Assembly: GCA_964247055.1 (NCBI GenBank)
Contig: OZ176053.1
Span: forward strand, 8,990,001-9,054,000
Reading direction: 5' to 3'
Source of the DNA: Paragordius varius
Lineage: Eukaryota > Animalia > Nematomorpha
Length of the DNA stretch: 64,000 nt
Below, in pieces: positions 26,893 through 39,700 of the stretch (positions are counted from its first letter, which is position 1; every line of letters begins with the position of its first letter). The translations under genes were made by a program, and so were the position numbers. Below the pieces are notes generated by a model that saw only the letters and a program-made list of their open reading frames with translations, ran no database searches and was not told the origin of the DNA.

Positions 26893-27543
26893 TTATTCAC
26901 CAGGCGGTGCTAAACTTTTATCCAAAAATTTCCGTTTTGCAAAACAAATCCACCACTAAAATTATAAAAAATAGAGAATACTTTGCTTGGACCTGTGGAA
27001 TTTTCAAAAACTTTTTCAAGCAAACGAGAACCAGTCTCTTGTCGAAGCTGCAAAAAATAATTACGCATATTTTCTAACAACTTAAAGTATAGATATACCT
27101 TCTTCTAAAGAATTTTTTGGCTTCGCATATACAGGATTAAGAGGAAAATCTGAATCTCCAGGAATAGCAAATCGGGAATTAGCTAACATATGCATTTCTT
27201 GATAGGCTTGGTTTTTATTTACACACTAATATAACGATATAAATATACTTTCTGTAATCTTTTAAGACATTCTGTGATATAAAGCATTAAATAAATTAAT
27301 ACACGATCCGCATTACTCTATAAATATTAATCAAAAATAACTTGGATTTGAAAATTTTTAAAAAATATATTCGCTTTGAAGTAATAAAGTGCCTCGTCTA
27401 TAATGTCATATTTTAAATCAGCTAAAATAAAAGTAAAATAAACCATCTTTAATTGCAGGACCTTTAATTACCGTACGTAAAGGTAACAAAGCTATATTAC
27501 AAATGCTTGAATCTTCGTTAATAAATGAAGAATGATGAGCCAT
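26893..27543 (-). CDS. ARPC3: Arp2/3 complex subunit 3 (p21-Arc), 176 aa. Exons 27543-27444, 27421-27342, 27317-27249, 27225-27099, 27073-26982, 26955-26893
   Basis: Spliced product contains [90 protein letters not shown] and [18 protein letters not shown]. Five GT-AG introns of 22-26 nt. Confidence 0.95.
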
Positions 27544-28101
27544 ATGGTTTGCAATTTTAGTACGGCACAAATCAGGTATATTGACCTGGTTAAAATCGTT
27601 TCTCGATTCTTTTCCAAAAAACTCTTATTATAACCTAATTAACCATTTTAATGTACCCAAATATAGATAGCTTGCAAACTTAGTAAATGAAAAACTTTTC
27701 CAGTGTGATATGTTTTAAACCAAATTAATAGTATAAAATAGTAGCGAATCAATGTAAAAAGCTTTAATTATTAAATATAATCATATTTAATAATGTGAAA
27801 TAGGATTTATCGGATTTAATCATGTTTTTAAATGTAAAATATATTTAAAATTAAGCTGCACTACTCAGCCTCCCCACTTCCCGCATTAACGGTACGTGAC
27901 ATGCTTATATGAATGATGCAATGAACTGAAATTTATTTGGCAATTATTGAAGGAAAATTTAAGTTTTATTTTACATATTAACATGAGAAGGATTGAGCCG
28001 GCACGAGGCACAAGGGGCCCTGTAAAGACATATGTCTTAAAATAAATGGATTTTTTTAGGCGTAACCCAAAATATGGGAGGAAAATATGGATTCTAAAAG
28101 G

Positions 28102-28703
28102 CAGTATCAAACCGCGGCCTTATCTGATCCTGATCTATGCATAATATTGTACGATTTCCTAAAAATACTTATAACTGATAAATTCTATCTAATTTTGAAA
28201 ATTGTTTTTTAGTATTTAATTGGATTCTTTTTTTAATATTTTAATTAACTAATTATTCACATGCCTACCTTGTTAAGGAATTCGTTTTTGTATATGATTC
28301 TTTGGAAGCTATATTGAAAAAAATCCCAAAGAAAGGCATTTTACAAGACGTATCAAACAAATATAAAAAATATGATCAACTTAAATTGACTGTTAACTTA
28401 GACATACTATGATATTTATATATGATATGTATGTGGACGTCGTATTAAGATAATATTGGCCTGTAATGATGTCAATTAGATTTCTTAGTTAATATTGGAA
28501 TATATGTAGTAAAGTCTGTAAAAACACCAAAATATGAAACTAAATGGCTCAAGAAGCATTTTAGCTGCATTTATCCGCATATTTCGGTGTACTAATTTAG
28601 AGGTAAAATATCTGCAGCTATGACATATTTATGGTATTATATGGTGGACCGGCCTTTAATATTTATTTTTTATTCAGCCCGAAAGTTTTTTAGGTGAATA
28701 CTG
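28102..28703 (+). mobile_element. Degenerate hAT remnant
   Basis: cagtatcaaaccgcggcc-type left end and ...ggtgaatactg right end resembling Charlie-type termini; no TSD seen. Confidence 0.35.
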
Positions 28704-29885
28704 TTGTTATATATTACTGGTTTATAGAATAGGTGAGTTAGGGGTATAAAAATTTGTCCATTATGAATATTATTTTTACCCAATAATATATATAACCTTA
28801 TCAACACATCAAAACAATATGATCAGTCCGATTCAAAAATGGTATGGTTTGTCATCATACCCCAAAAAATCGGCAGTTTTAAAAATGCTGTCACAATATT
28901 ATATGTCTTATAGAAATGGGAATGCAAAAATGCCGTTTACCCTACCCCATAAAAAACCAAATGCCATGTGAATGAGTTTTGCAGGCATTCCTGGTAACGA
29001 TCCAATTCAACTGGTTAAAGTATTGAAAGGTTGAATGAGTGATATGTCATATAGCTCAAAAGTGACATGGAAAATTTTGCCAAAATTTTATCATAACTTA
29101 AAAATTAGGAGGAAAATAAGCCACTTTTATACATATACATAAGCGTTTTAGGTCTGCTTAATGGCTTATATATGTGTTAGTTTATATTTATGCCAGAAAT
29201 GAAATATTTTGAGGATTGTTAGATATATATAAATAAATACTTACACCGAACACTTAGTTTAAATTGTTAATTAAAACGGTTAAGAATTATATTCAAGATT
29301 TTTCGCTTACATAAGTCATTTCTTATCTTTGTCAATGCCACATTTAATGGAATGTATATGAAACGAAACACACTCCATACCTAAGCACTTTTAATATGTT
29401 AGCATTTATATTTAATCTATAATTTTGATAAGTTATGCATAATAAATAAATTGCTAGATTATAAAAATCAATATCAAACGCCACTCTACAGCTCTCATTA
29501 AATAGGATAGGACATTATTTTAATGACAATCCATTTTGTTTATAGTATAGAACACAGTATGTATATTTTTAAAATCAATGAAGTTTAACAAGTTCCCTCT
29601 CATTATAAAAATAACTAAATTAATAACTGTAGTGTTTTCAAAATAGTAATCATTGATTTTCGATAAGAGCCATACGCAGCAAAAATCTAATCTACACAGC
29701 ACACTGAACACACACACACACATATTATGAAAAGAGTAGACATAATAATACGGTCATTTGTTAGAATTACCTAAGTTTTTTCACTATATTACATTGGTGA
29801 CGAGCCTACTATTTTTATTATCATATCGTTTTAAAAGTGATTTCAACTTAATATCATCAATCATTTAACCATTCAACGGAGCCAT

Positions 29886-32712
29886 ATGTCTTGGATTGAA
29901 AATAAAGAACGCATTGCTACAAATTTTATGCTTTACGCAAAATTTGGAGACATAAAGTCTTTAGGTAAATTCATGAGCAGTAAAAATTTTGATAAATGGA
30001 TGAAGGAAAGTGGTGTAATCGATAACAATATTCTTAAATCCAATGATACTGATATTGCATTTACCAAAATTCTTGGGAAAAAACCAAAGTATTTTATATA
30101 AAACATTTTCTCTTTTATTTTCTCAAATAAACCTAAATGTTCTTCAGTTTTATTAAAAACACTCTGTGCATAATGAGAAAACCAATACTAGATTTGAGAA
30201 GAGTTAGCAATTCAAACTGATAATTCATATATACTATCCTCCTGTCAAAAACATTTTTTCAATCAAACGCAACATTTCGACCAAACGCAACATTTTATGC
30301 AAACGCAACATGTTTTTTAAAAAAAATACTGTGTTTGGATGAAATAAGGTTTCTTTAGTCTGAAAAATGGTATAATAACACACAATTTAAAAATTAAATT
30401 TATATGAGCTTAATTTATTATGTTTATATCTTAAAAGTAATTATGAAACTACTATTTTGTTGCCTTTCAAAATAAAAATACCCTGATTTTTTGATTCTGC
30501 GAATAAAATTTTAATTCTTTACTAAATATATTCATGAAGTAATAATTGGATTGGAAAAAGAAAAAATGTTATATTACCTATATATTTCTATTTTCTCTTA
30601 TTTTCCATTAATTGTATCCATATTTATGTTTTAGTCAATTTTATATAAGCCTAAACCGTTGAACTTATGCACTCTGTTTATAAGCACGCTTTATTACCGA
30701 CAATTGTCAAATGTTTTCAATTGGGTATTTGAGTGAGTAACGACGAGGGTTTCTAATATAAATGATTTGGAAATGTGAAAATAAAAAATTTAATGGTTCT
30801 CAAACTTTCTCCGTAGGCATCATCAGGAGAACATTTAGGAATATATATAATAAATTATATTTTATTTTCATATTTTAGGCGATTTCCACATCATTTACAT
30901 GACTTAATAAAAATATATTGTATATACATTATTTTAAAAGGCATATTGAATTTATAGAGGCTCATTTTCCCACAAAGCTATAGAATTCGGTGATTTGAAG
31001 CAAATTATTGATGATCTCTCAGCCCACATTAGCAAAGAAATTGGAAAAAAGAATCTGAATTCCACGCCCGAGGAATCACAAAAAATAAAAGATGAAGCGA
31101 TAGAAGGAATCATTAATAAATTAAGTAATTGCAAACCTCCACAATGCAATAATTTGGTATGACAATATTAATATTCTCTAACTAATTAATTGAAGTTTTA
31201 AAAAAATAATATCTCATGGCAAACGACAATCGGTCTAAAAGATATAAATAAACAACTCTGAATAGCCGTTTCTGATCCACTTTAATACTATTATTTCACT
31301 TAATCAAATAATTATTATCCATAATTAATTATAGACTAATTTGATTTAAACTATTTAAGTTTAACGGGTAATGGGGACAAAATTTTTCGATTTTTTGGAT
31401 ACAGTACTAAATGGCATCCCCTTATAATAAAAGGTTTTTCAAATAATGCCCATAAAATAATAAGCTCATTCTGATCATTATAATTTTCTTCACTTGTTTT
31501 GTCGTTAAGATTGATTTTTCCCTCAAAGTATAGTTCATTATAGTGAAGCCCTTTTAATGAACCAAAACAATATAAAAGAAAGTATTATTTTTATCATTAT
31601 TAAGGACAATTCTACTCTAATGTAATTACCTGAAACAATATGATCTTTTCACAATTATTATTGAGATTTTACTTTATAATTAAAGGGGTTTAAGCAGTTC
31701 CAAATTTTTAAATTCTGTTTATTCTTTGTAAATCAATTTCATACGTAATAATTTAAAGGTAGCTCATCTGGTTTAAATATTTTGTTTAATAGACCTTATG
31801 TAAGATGTCACATGTCAGAACCAATCAATTTAGCACAACAATACTCAAACCGCGGCCGTAAAAGTGCTTTTTATAGCCCTGAATTATTTATCAAATTTTT
31901 TAATATACTTTTTGTAGTATTAAATTTTATCGCTTATGTGGCCCTTGAGACGCGAAAAATATTTTTATAACCCTTTATTGGCGAGTAGCGATGGTTTAAA
32001 TTATATATGTGTCTTATTCCAAACTTAGAGCTACCTGCGTTTTGTAAAGCTTTATAATCAATATTAAAAATATTTAAAAAAATAGATAATTAAAAATTTT
32101 ATTTTCCCCAAATTCAAAAAACCTTGCTGGCTTTATTTGTGTTAAAATAATCAATAACAAAGGATTGGGTTTTTAGATTTGGCTTTTTTGACATTTTGTT
32201 AAATTTGAAACAATTGATATTTATTATAATCATTTCAAAAAGCATTTGCAAACAATAAACTATGATAATCGCTCTTAAAAAATATTATCCTGGCTTTATG
32301 CGACCGTTCTAAATGGTTACATCCATTGTTTCCCAACGTTTCTCTAGTTAATTAAAATATAAGTTGTCTGCCAAAACAATAAAATTAATACTCCTGATTT
32401 CTCTAAACTAGTATTTAATTGCGGCATCCCAAATTCTATCCGCTTGTGTTTTCATTATTTTTATTTCAAAAAATATGCTTCAACTTTAAATTACATTCAA
32501 AATTGAATACTTTATTAATCCTAATACCGATATTTTGTTTGTAGCACATCGTAAGAAATGATGTTGTCAGCCGATTAACTGATACATCAAAATTTACCGG
32601 AACCCAAAAAGAAAAATTTGGAAACAGAGATATGAAGAATATGTTGGGATCGAAAGGAATTCATTCACACGGACTACACATAAATGGAAAATTAAAAGGT
32701 CCAATTATTTAA
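29886..32712 (+). CDS. TPPP: Tubulin polymerization-promoting protein (p25-alpha family), 189 aa. Exons 29886-30088, 30958-31156, 32545-32712
   Basis: F..YAKFGD...MSSKNFDKWMKESGVID...DTDIAFTKI; VVSRLTDTSKFTGTQKEKF; intron phases are consistent. Confidence 0.88.
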
Positions 32713-34942
32713 TATACTTTTTTGATTACACTAAACAACAATTTATTCTGCCACTCGAGTTTTTTGCATTTTCTGATATTTACTATCATTTTAACAGATA
32801 ATCTGAAATAAAATTATAATTCTCATATAAAAATTTGTATTAATTTTTACTATCATTTTAACAGATAATCTAAAATAAAATTATAATTCCATATAAGAAT
32901 TTTTATTAAATTTTTATGGTTATGCGCTCTCCTAATCAAAATTTTACAAAATGTTTTTCTTTGTAAATATGCAATAAATGCCCATTTGTAATATATCATT
33001 CGAAAGAGTAATGGAAACTTTACTAAATGCATACCAATATTTTTCATCGATAGTTAATATTGGACATAGGAAACGACAAACGCGCAAACGAGAGCGTTTT
33101 TTTTAATTAGTATATTTTTAAAACTAATGGATGAAAATAGCTCAAACTTTGTGTAGATGACAATGAATAATCAAAAAAGATAACACAAAATGGTTATTTT
33201 GATAAACACGTATTTATTGCTTTTATATCATTCAAAACAGTCATTTTTAAGTTTTTTGTTTTTTAAGAAATTACCATCATATAAATATTAGTTAATTTTC
33301 TTTAGAAAGCTTATAATTTCAAAATTTTAAAGATTAAAAATATCGTTTAAGGTATTCTTGATCTTTTATAACATTATGTAATAAATTTAGTTATAACTAT
33401 GCATTTTAGTATCCAGTAGGTAATAAAATTTTGATATTAGTAATTTTTATCAAAAAAAAACCCAAAGTTTTTTTCAAAGATTTTCTTTAAATTTTATCAT
33501 AATGTAACCCTAATAATTATATTAAAATGATTTCTATGATTTTTAAATTAGTTTGTCTCTGAAAATTTTTCACTTATTTAATGGTTGTTTTTGACCATAT
33601 AAACCCCAATAACTGTTGAATCAGATTGTGACTAACTATCAATCGAAAGATACATTTCTTGCCCTCTTTCGAATGATATATAATACATGGCTCTATATAT
33701 AAAACTGTTAATTTTGAAAATTTCGAGTTTAATGTTAAATCGGAGCCAAAAATTTTCAATAAACCCTAGTAAAAAATTCTTAAGAGTTAGACCAATTTTT
33801 TTCAGATATACTATTTATGTCCCTTAATAAAATAAATTTTAAATTTATAAGAATGGCAGTTAAAAAAGCCAAAATTTGTTGTTTAGTGTTATTTAAATAT
33901 ATATTTACTAAAAAATTAAATTTAAAGAATGAATAACAAAATGATTGATTCACGGTGCAAAAATACGTTAATTAATCATATAACATTCGAGAGCTAAAAG
34001 CTTCAAAATTTATTAAATATCAAAGATATATATACAATTGAAACAAATATAATTTTTCTGCTATAAGCTAAAATAAAAAAATGGCATTTTATCGCATACC
34101 TTTGGTGAAAAAATAACAATAGAGACGCGTTAAAATTTCGCTTTAATTTGGTTGTATGTTGATAGATTTCATTTATTTTACAAATATTATTGAAATAGTC
34201 AAGCAAAAGATTATACACTGAAAAACAGAATTTTATGCGTCTGAAAAAAAACTTACCTGTTTTAAATAAACTCTTTTGCCACTACAATTTTTGGTATTTT
34301 CGTGGTGAAATAAGAATATTGATGAAAGAGCAAATGTAGAGAATGTACTAAATCCGACTTGATTTAGACCCAGATTTTACGTCTTTTCCCGTGAATGCAA
34401 CCACTGAAGCAGCAAATAACTTTTTATTAATAGAATTAATAAGCCTTCACGATTAAATCTTTTATAATTTCCTATTTAAATTTGGTAATTATTTATCATA
34501 TTCCCTGTATATAGACACCAAAGCCAAATGATGAATGATTTCAAGGTAGCATCAATTTCATAAATCAAATCAAATCCAATATTCATTTATTTTATAGTTG
34601 ACTTTTTTGAAAGTTAGTATCGACCATATATATAATTATCACAAAAAATAAAAAAAATGTGTTGCATTACAATATATTTATGTTATGACATACCATAATA
34701 TTTTGATTATATGATTATGTATAAATAATTATATGCTGTCATCAAATATAAAAATTTGATAATTATAAATACTTTAAAAAAATATTTGTGTGTACATGGC
34801 AGAAAAATAAGGCGAAAACCAAAAAAACATCATAACTATCTTATTGCTGCGTAATTAGTTAGACATATTTCAATAAGAGAGGTCGAAATATTTTTTACAA
34901 AGCACACCATTGAGCGACACTATTATGCATTAATTTTACGTA

Positions 34943-35845
34943 TTAACTAGTTTTTTTAAGAGAAGAAGTTGAATTATCATTTTTAACGGTAACCGATAAT
35001 GCGATTGCCTTTGTCGGTTCGTTCACTTTAACCGACGGTTGAATCAAAGGCACATGATAAGTTGTAATAGTTTCAGGTTTATCATTTTCTGCATAGGATA
35101 TGACTTGAATATCTCCATAATCTTTTAAAGGCGAATGTGATCGCGTAACCGTTTTTGTATTTAAGGATGATATATATCTATTCTTCGAATCCGACATTTC
35201 ATGTTTCATAGATATAGTCGGCATACGCATTAAATGTTGTTTAAATATTGGTATTAAATTAAAAATTTTGGAAACACCAAAGTATGAAAGCCATCCCACT
35301 TCTTTTGTATCTGTCGAAATTGACTTTATATAGCCCAAATCATTAGAGGATGCGCGAACGTCTACAGTAGTATTTGATTCCGTGTCAGGAGATAATACAC
35401 AAGTCGAGGGTGTAAATTTAGGTAGTTCGCTATATACTTGGGATAAAACTTTGGGCGCAATATCGTTAGATGATTTATTTGACAAATTTGGTGATGATGT
35501 AAAAATAACTGGGGTTGGTGTCACATCAGCAGCAGATTTTTTAGCGATAAAATTACTGTTCTCTGTTCCCTCCTCAAACTCCCTTAAATTATTATTATTC
35601 CACTCCCCAAATCCTATTTTATCCTCGCCCTTATTTTGATTACTATCTGGTTCTTGATTGAAATACAAACCCCTTTCCCTACTACCACCACCAACCAAAT
35701 TAACATTATTTTGCCCTAACCCCTTAGTAGACGCACATGATGAATGAGATTGAGCACCATTTTTCAATGAATTCATCGAATTATCATTAGAAACCAAATT
35801 GTTATTCGGAATATCGAAAGGCAAAATGGAATTTTTCTCAAACAT
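34943..35845 (-). CDS. Orphan ~300-aa Ser/Asn/Thr-rich, probably disordered ORF
   Basis: A stop-free frame of more than 900 nt in AT-rich DNA; ATG directly follows an acceptor-like ttttag|G. No family recognised. Confidence 0.55.
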   Translation of the reverse strand: MFEKNSILPFDIPNNNLVSNDNSMNSLKNGAQSHSSCASTKGLGQNNVNLVGGGSRERGLYFNQEPDSNQNKGEDKIGFGEWNNNNLREFEEGTENSNFIAKKSAADVTPTPVIFTSSPNLSNKSSNDIAPKVLSQVYSELPKFTPSTCVLSPDTESNTTVDVRASSNDLGYIKSISTDTKEVGWLSYFGVSKIFNLIPIFKQHLMRMPTISMKHEMSDSKNRYISSLNTKTVTRSHSPLKDYGDIQVISYAENDKPETITTYHVPLIQPSVKVNEPTKAIALSVTVKNDNSTSSLKKTS

Positions 35846-36737
35846 CCTAAAACGAGTGTGGGTATAAAATATTAAAACATATGGTGAAAGAAAGCTATTA
35901 TTAGGGGGCAATATTGACTCCTCTATAAAAACGGCGGCAATGCCCAAGCTGTTAAATCAAGCAGATTCTATATAATTATGATGATAGTGCCACACCAAAG
36001 CAACATTGTATTAATATACGCTAAAAATCTGTGCCACACTTATACGATCCAAGAAGCATCTAACTTGAAAAATACGCTAGCCTCTTATATCAAACACAAA
36101 TATACAAACAAACATCCAAACAAATCTGATAGAAAAAAGAGATTTACTAATAAATTAATTATTATTTTATTATCGGGGGAAACGGTATAAATAATATTGC
36201 TATTATTCATAAATTGGTGTAAAAATAAAAAATAAATATTAGTCAAAATGAAAAGCCGCACATGATTATAATCAATCTATATACGTATAAAATAATTAGT
36301 CATTTCGTGCTAAATTATGTTAATTTATAAAAAACATCATTATATATATGCCAACTTTACGCAACACAAATACATATAAATAAGGGGTATTGATCGAAAA
36401 AATTGCAGTTATCAATGGAAGGAAGAACATGATAATGGGCATATACTCAGTTTTTGAAAATTATTTTAATTAACTATATCATCTATTAATAAATAATCTT
36501 ATATAAATAAAGGAAATAATATTTGGAAATTTAAAAAAAGAAACTTGAGTTTATTAAATAGAGTTATAAAGAGAAAAAAATTTAATAATGAATATGTCGA
36601 AAAATTCTCTTATAATGATTATGAAATTCACAAAAGAGTAGTTTATTCAATGATGTTCGTTAGACAGAAAAGGGGGCATCTTTTATTACGAACGAATAAA
36701 TTAATAGTGTGAGAGAGTAGAATTTGAAAGGTGTTCC

Positions 36738-39700
36738 TTACTTATTATTCGTGATATTAATGTGATGAACTTGGGATTCAATGTGCTTTTGAATATTTTC
36801 AAAAGCATCCGCACCCAAATAATCAATTCTACCACCTTCCCAGGCATCTTTGTGTTCTTTATCACTCAATTTCCTGGGCGGTACAAAAGAGGCTGTGAAT
36901 GTTTGTGACGCAGGAAGAGTCCCCAACAGAGAATTCTAACAATAAAAAAAGCCATAAATACACATGTAACAACATAACCCATATATCTGGCAATAATATA
37001 ATAATTATATTTCTATCTGTGTGTAAAAACTTAATTAAAATTGTGGCCAAATTTCTTATGATTTTTCACATAAATTAGTGATTTAAAAGAATCGTGCATT
37101 TTTCCAAAAGTTAGTCTAGTTGAAATCATGAAGAAATAGTTCATCCAAAATTTGAGTTAAAATTATATATATATATATATATAATCAATAATTAATATGA
37201 CATGCATCATTAGAGAATGCATAATATGAAATTTCGGGTTAGCTGATAATAAAAGTTTCGTCATGCAAATTAGAACCCATAAATATATTATAAGCTATTA
37301 AATCATATTTAAAGAAGTCGTATAAATATATATATGGCATTAGAAAAGTAGCAGAGAAAATTTGTGCCAAGAGAATAATGAGTTAGCAGAATGGTAGAGA
37401 ATTTGCAGTGTACAAATACAATATTGTACACATGGATATAAAACATATAACCTGTTGAGCTAAATCGTTGGTTATTGCAAAATCTCCGAGGGAATGTGTT
37501 GAATGTTTCATTGTCGGGATATATTGTTTTATATGTTTATCAAGTGCTTTGTGCCTTTTCATATACCTTTGAATGTCGGTTAACTGTTTCTTTTTATCAG
37601 ATTGTTTTTTACGTTTTGATTTATGGTATGGAATGTTTGGATTTAATTGGTCATAGGTTGTTGTTATCTTAGTTTGGTATGTGTTTAACAAGAGGGCATT
37701 TTTATCCCTAGTACCATTATACTTTGGTTGGTTTTCATAATTTTTTTCTTTGGAAAGATGATTATCTTTTGATAAACTATCAAGAAAACTGAACACATCA
37801 TGGGGTTGTAACGTAGGAGATGCAGCAAAAAACATACGAGTATGCTCCTCACCCGTATTGTAAGGCGTTAAATCCAAAGTTCGTCCAGCAAATTTTAGCA
37901 TCAAATTAAAACTATCCCGTTTCCTTATGCATTCATCTATAATGTGATTTCTTTCAGCACGTTCACGCTGAAGTTGAAAATCTTTATCGCCATAGTTTGA
38001 ATCGATAGAAGGTAGGGTGGTTGTGGTAGTGAGGGGCTCAGAGAAAGGGGAGTTAGGGGGAGTTAGATAGGAATTTGGGAGGGAAACAGTATTAGGACAA
38101 ACAGTAAAAGGTGAAAACTTTACATCATTCGTCTGCTGTGAATGCGACACCGAAAGCCCGATTTGACTTTCGTCAAATTGTGATGGCGATTTAGTAGAGT
38201 TTGGTTTATGAGGGCGTAATGCTTTATCATTATTTTCATATATATTGTATGATTTGTTGGATGGGTAAAATAAAGCACCAGGCGAAAGCATTGAATTCCA
38301 TATTACTATTAGGGGGCTGGATGACAGTTGACTTAATAGGAACTTGGTATATAATTTTTTGAGATGAATTAAAGGCACACAATAGAAACAAAAAATAATT
38401 AGTATTTATTAGTGATAGTTTAATCGGTCAAAATAGATTCTAAAACGCTAAGAAAAAAACACACCATGCTAAAATTATTCAAAACTATTTAATCATAAAA
38501 CAGCAGTTTAAAGGAAAATCGTTTTAATGAAACACACAGATAGTTTATATTTCATATTTTTTTAAATACAAATAAAATAGCTTAATTGGGTGAATTCATT
38601 GGTAAAACCTTATATTTTAAACTATCGGCCTTGTAATATAACTTATTGAAACTATTCAAATGACCCCTTTTGCCTCTGAAGCCATTAAAATCTTCCGCGC
38701 TTGGCCAGTAATTAAAATTGTAAAAACGTTTTATATCATTAAAATATATTTTCGGTAACATAAAGAAATGAGCATACGAATTTAGGATCAAGCATTCCGT
38801 GTAAATGCTTTAAATAAATATTCCACCATTTCTGTAAATGTTCAGCACGATAGGGGTCTTGACATCCAGAGATATTTACATGACCGCTTGCAGCGTCAAA
38901 TGAACAATTCCAAGGCTTGACGGGGCCAAGAAAGTGTATTATTTTGATATCATTCATATACCTTAAGTAATGTGTGTATAAAATTATACTTTTGACAAAT
39001 TATCTTGGAGATAAAAATGTTTTGTCTTAATATCTAATAAAATATACAGGAATTTAAATAAGGGAAAAGCATTCTAAATGGTTCAAAGGTATTTTTGAAA
39101 ACAACCCATTTTTAAGCACGTATGAAAAAATACAGATTCAAAAATAATATCAATCGTTTTATTTTTTTAATACTTGCGTATACACACTCAAACTTTTAAT
39201 AATTTAGTATACTTTTTCCTTTTGTTTTTTTCTCTTCAAATAAACATATTTTTTGCTAAACATTTTTCGTTTTACTGTATATTAGAGGTAGTCAGACATT
39301 TTTGTTAAATTTGGGTATCAATAACTATATTTAGCCATACCTTCTGTAAGCTGCAAGGTATGTATAAGTAGCACTTGATGCCATATTGTAAATGAAGGAA
39401 AGATGATTTTTGATATCTTTGGTTCGCCAATCCGAAAAATAGCTATTTAATAAGCCCTGATCTCCACCTAATATACAAAATCAGGATAAAAATCATCTTT
39501 GTTAAAAGTAAATATGTATTTGATACGTTTTATTTTTACACAAAGCTTTTGTTTTCAGGTGTAAATGTTATCTTATAATACTTTTTAAGCAATAATAATA
39601 ATCTTTTTAACAATTATGCATTATTATTTATATTTTATTAATTATTTTTGTGCTAAATTACTAACTATTCGAGATCAGAACCATTTGAAACAAAAAACTA

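Noticed and set aside
27081-27098. Possible 18-nt intron in ARPC3 (nearer AG)
   Set aside because: It gives an out-of-frame stop; the 25-nt version gives the conserved [11 protein letters not shown].
27541-27569. gtgcc|gtactaaaattgcaaaccatATG upstream of ARPC3 resembles a relic of the ancestral Met-Pro exon plus a 23-nt first intron
   Set aside because: No AG acceptor, no ATG, and the phase does not fit; it cannot be told from chance without orthologues.
34218-34450. Strong minus-strand donor CAG|gtaagt at 34256 and a possible 23-nt intron giving CCFSGCIHGKRLGFSTF...
   Set aside because: No homology recognised, and tiny GT-AG pairs arise easily by chance here. It may be UTR or an unrecognised exon; RNA-seq is needed.
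35382-35639. Plus-strand ORFs overlapping longer minus-strand frames (also 37475-37672, 30952-31149 on minus, and 40766-40960)
   Set aside because: They are antisense shadows of supported exons.
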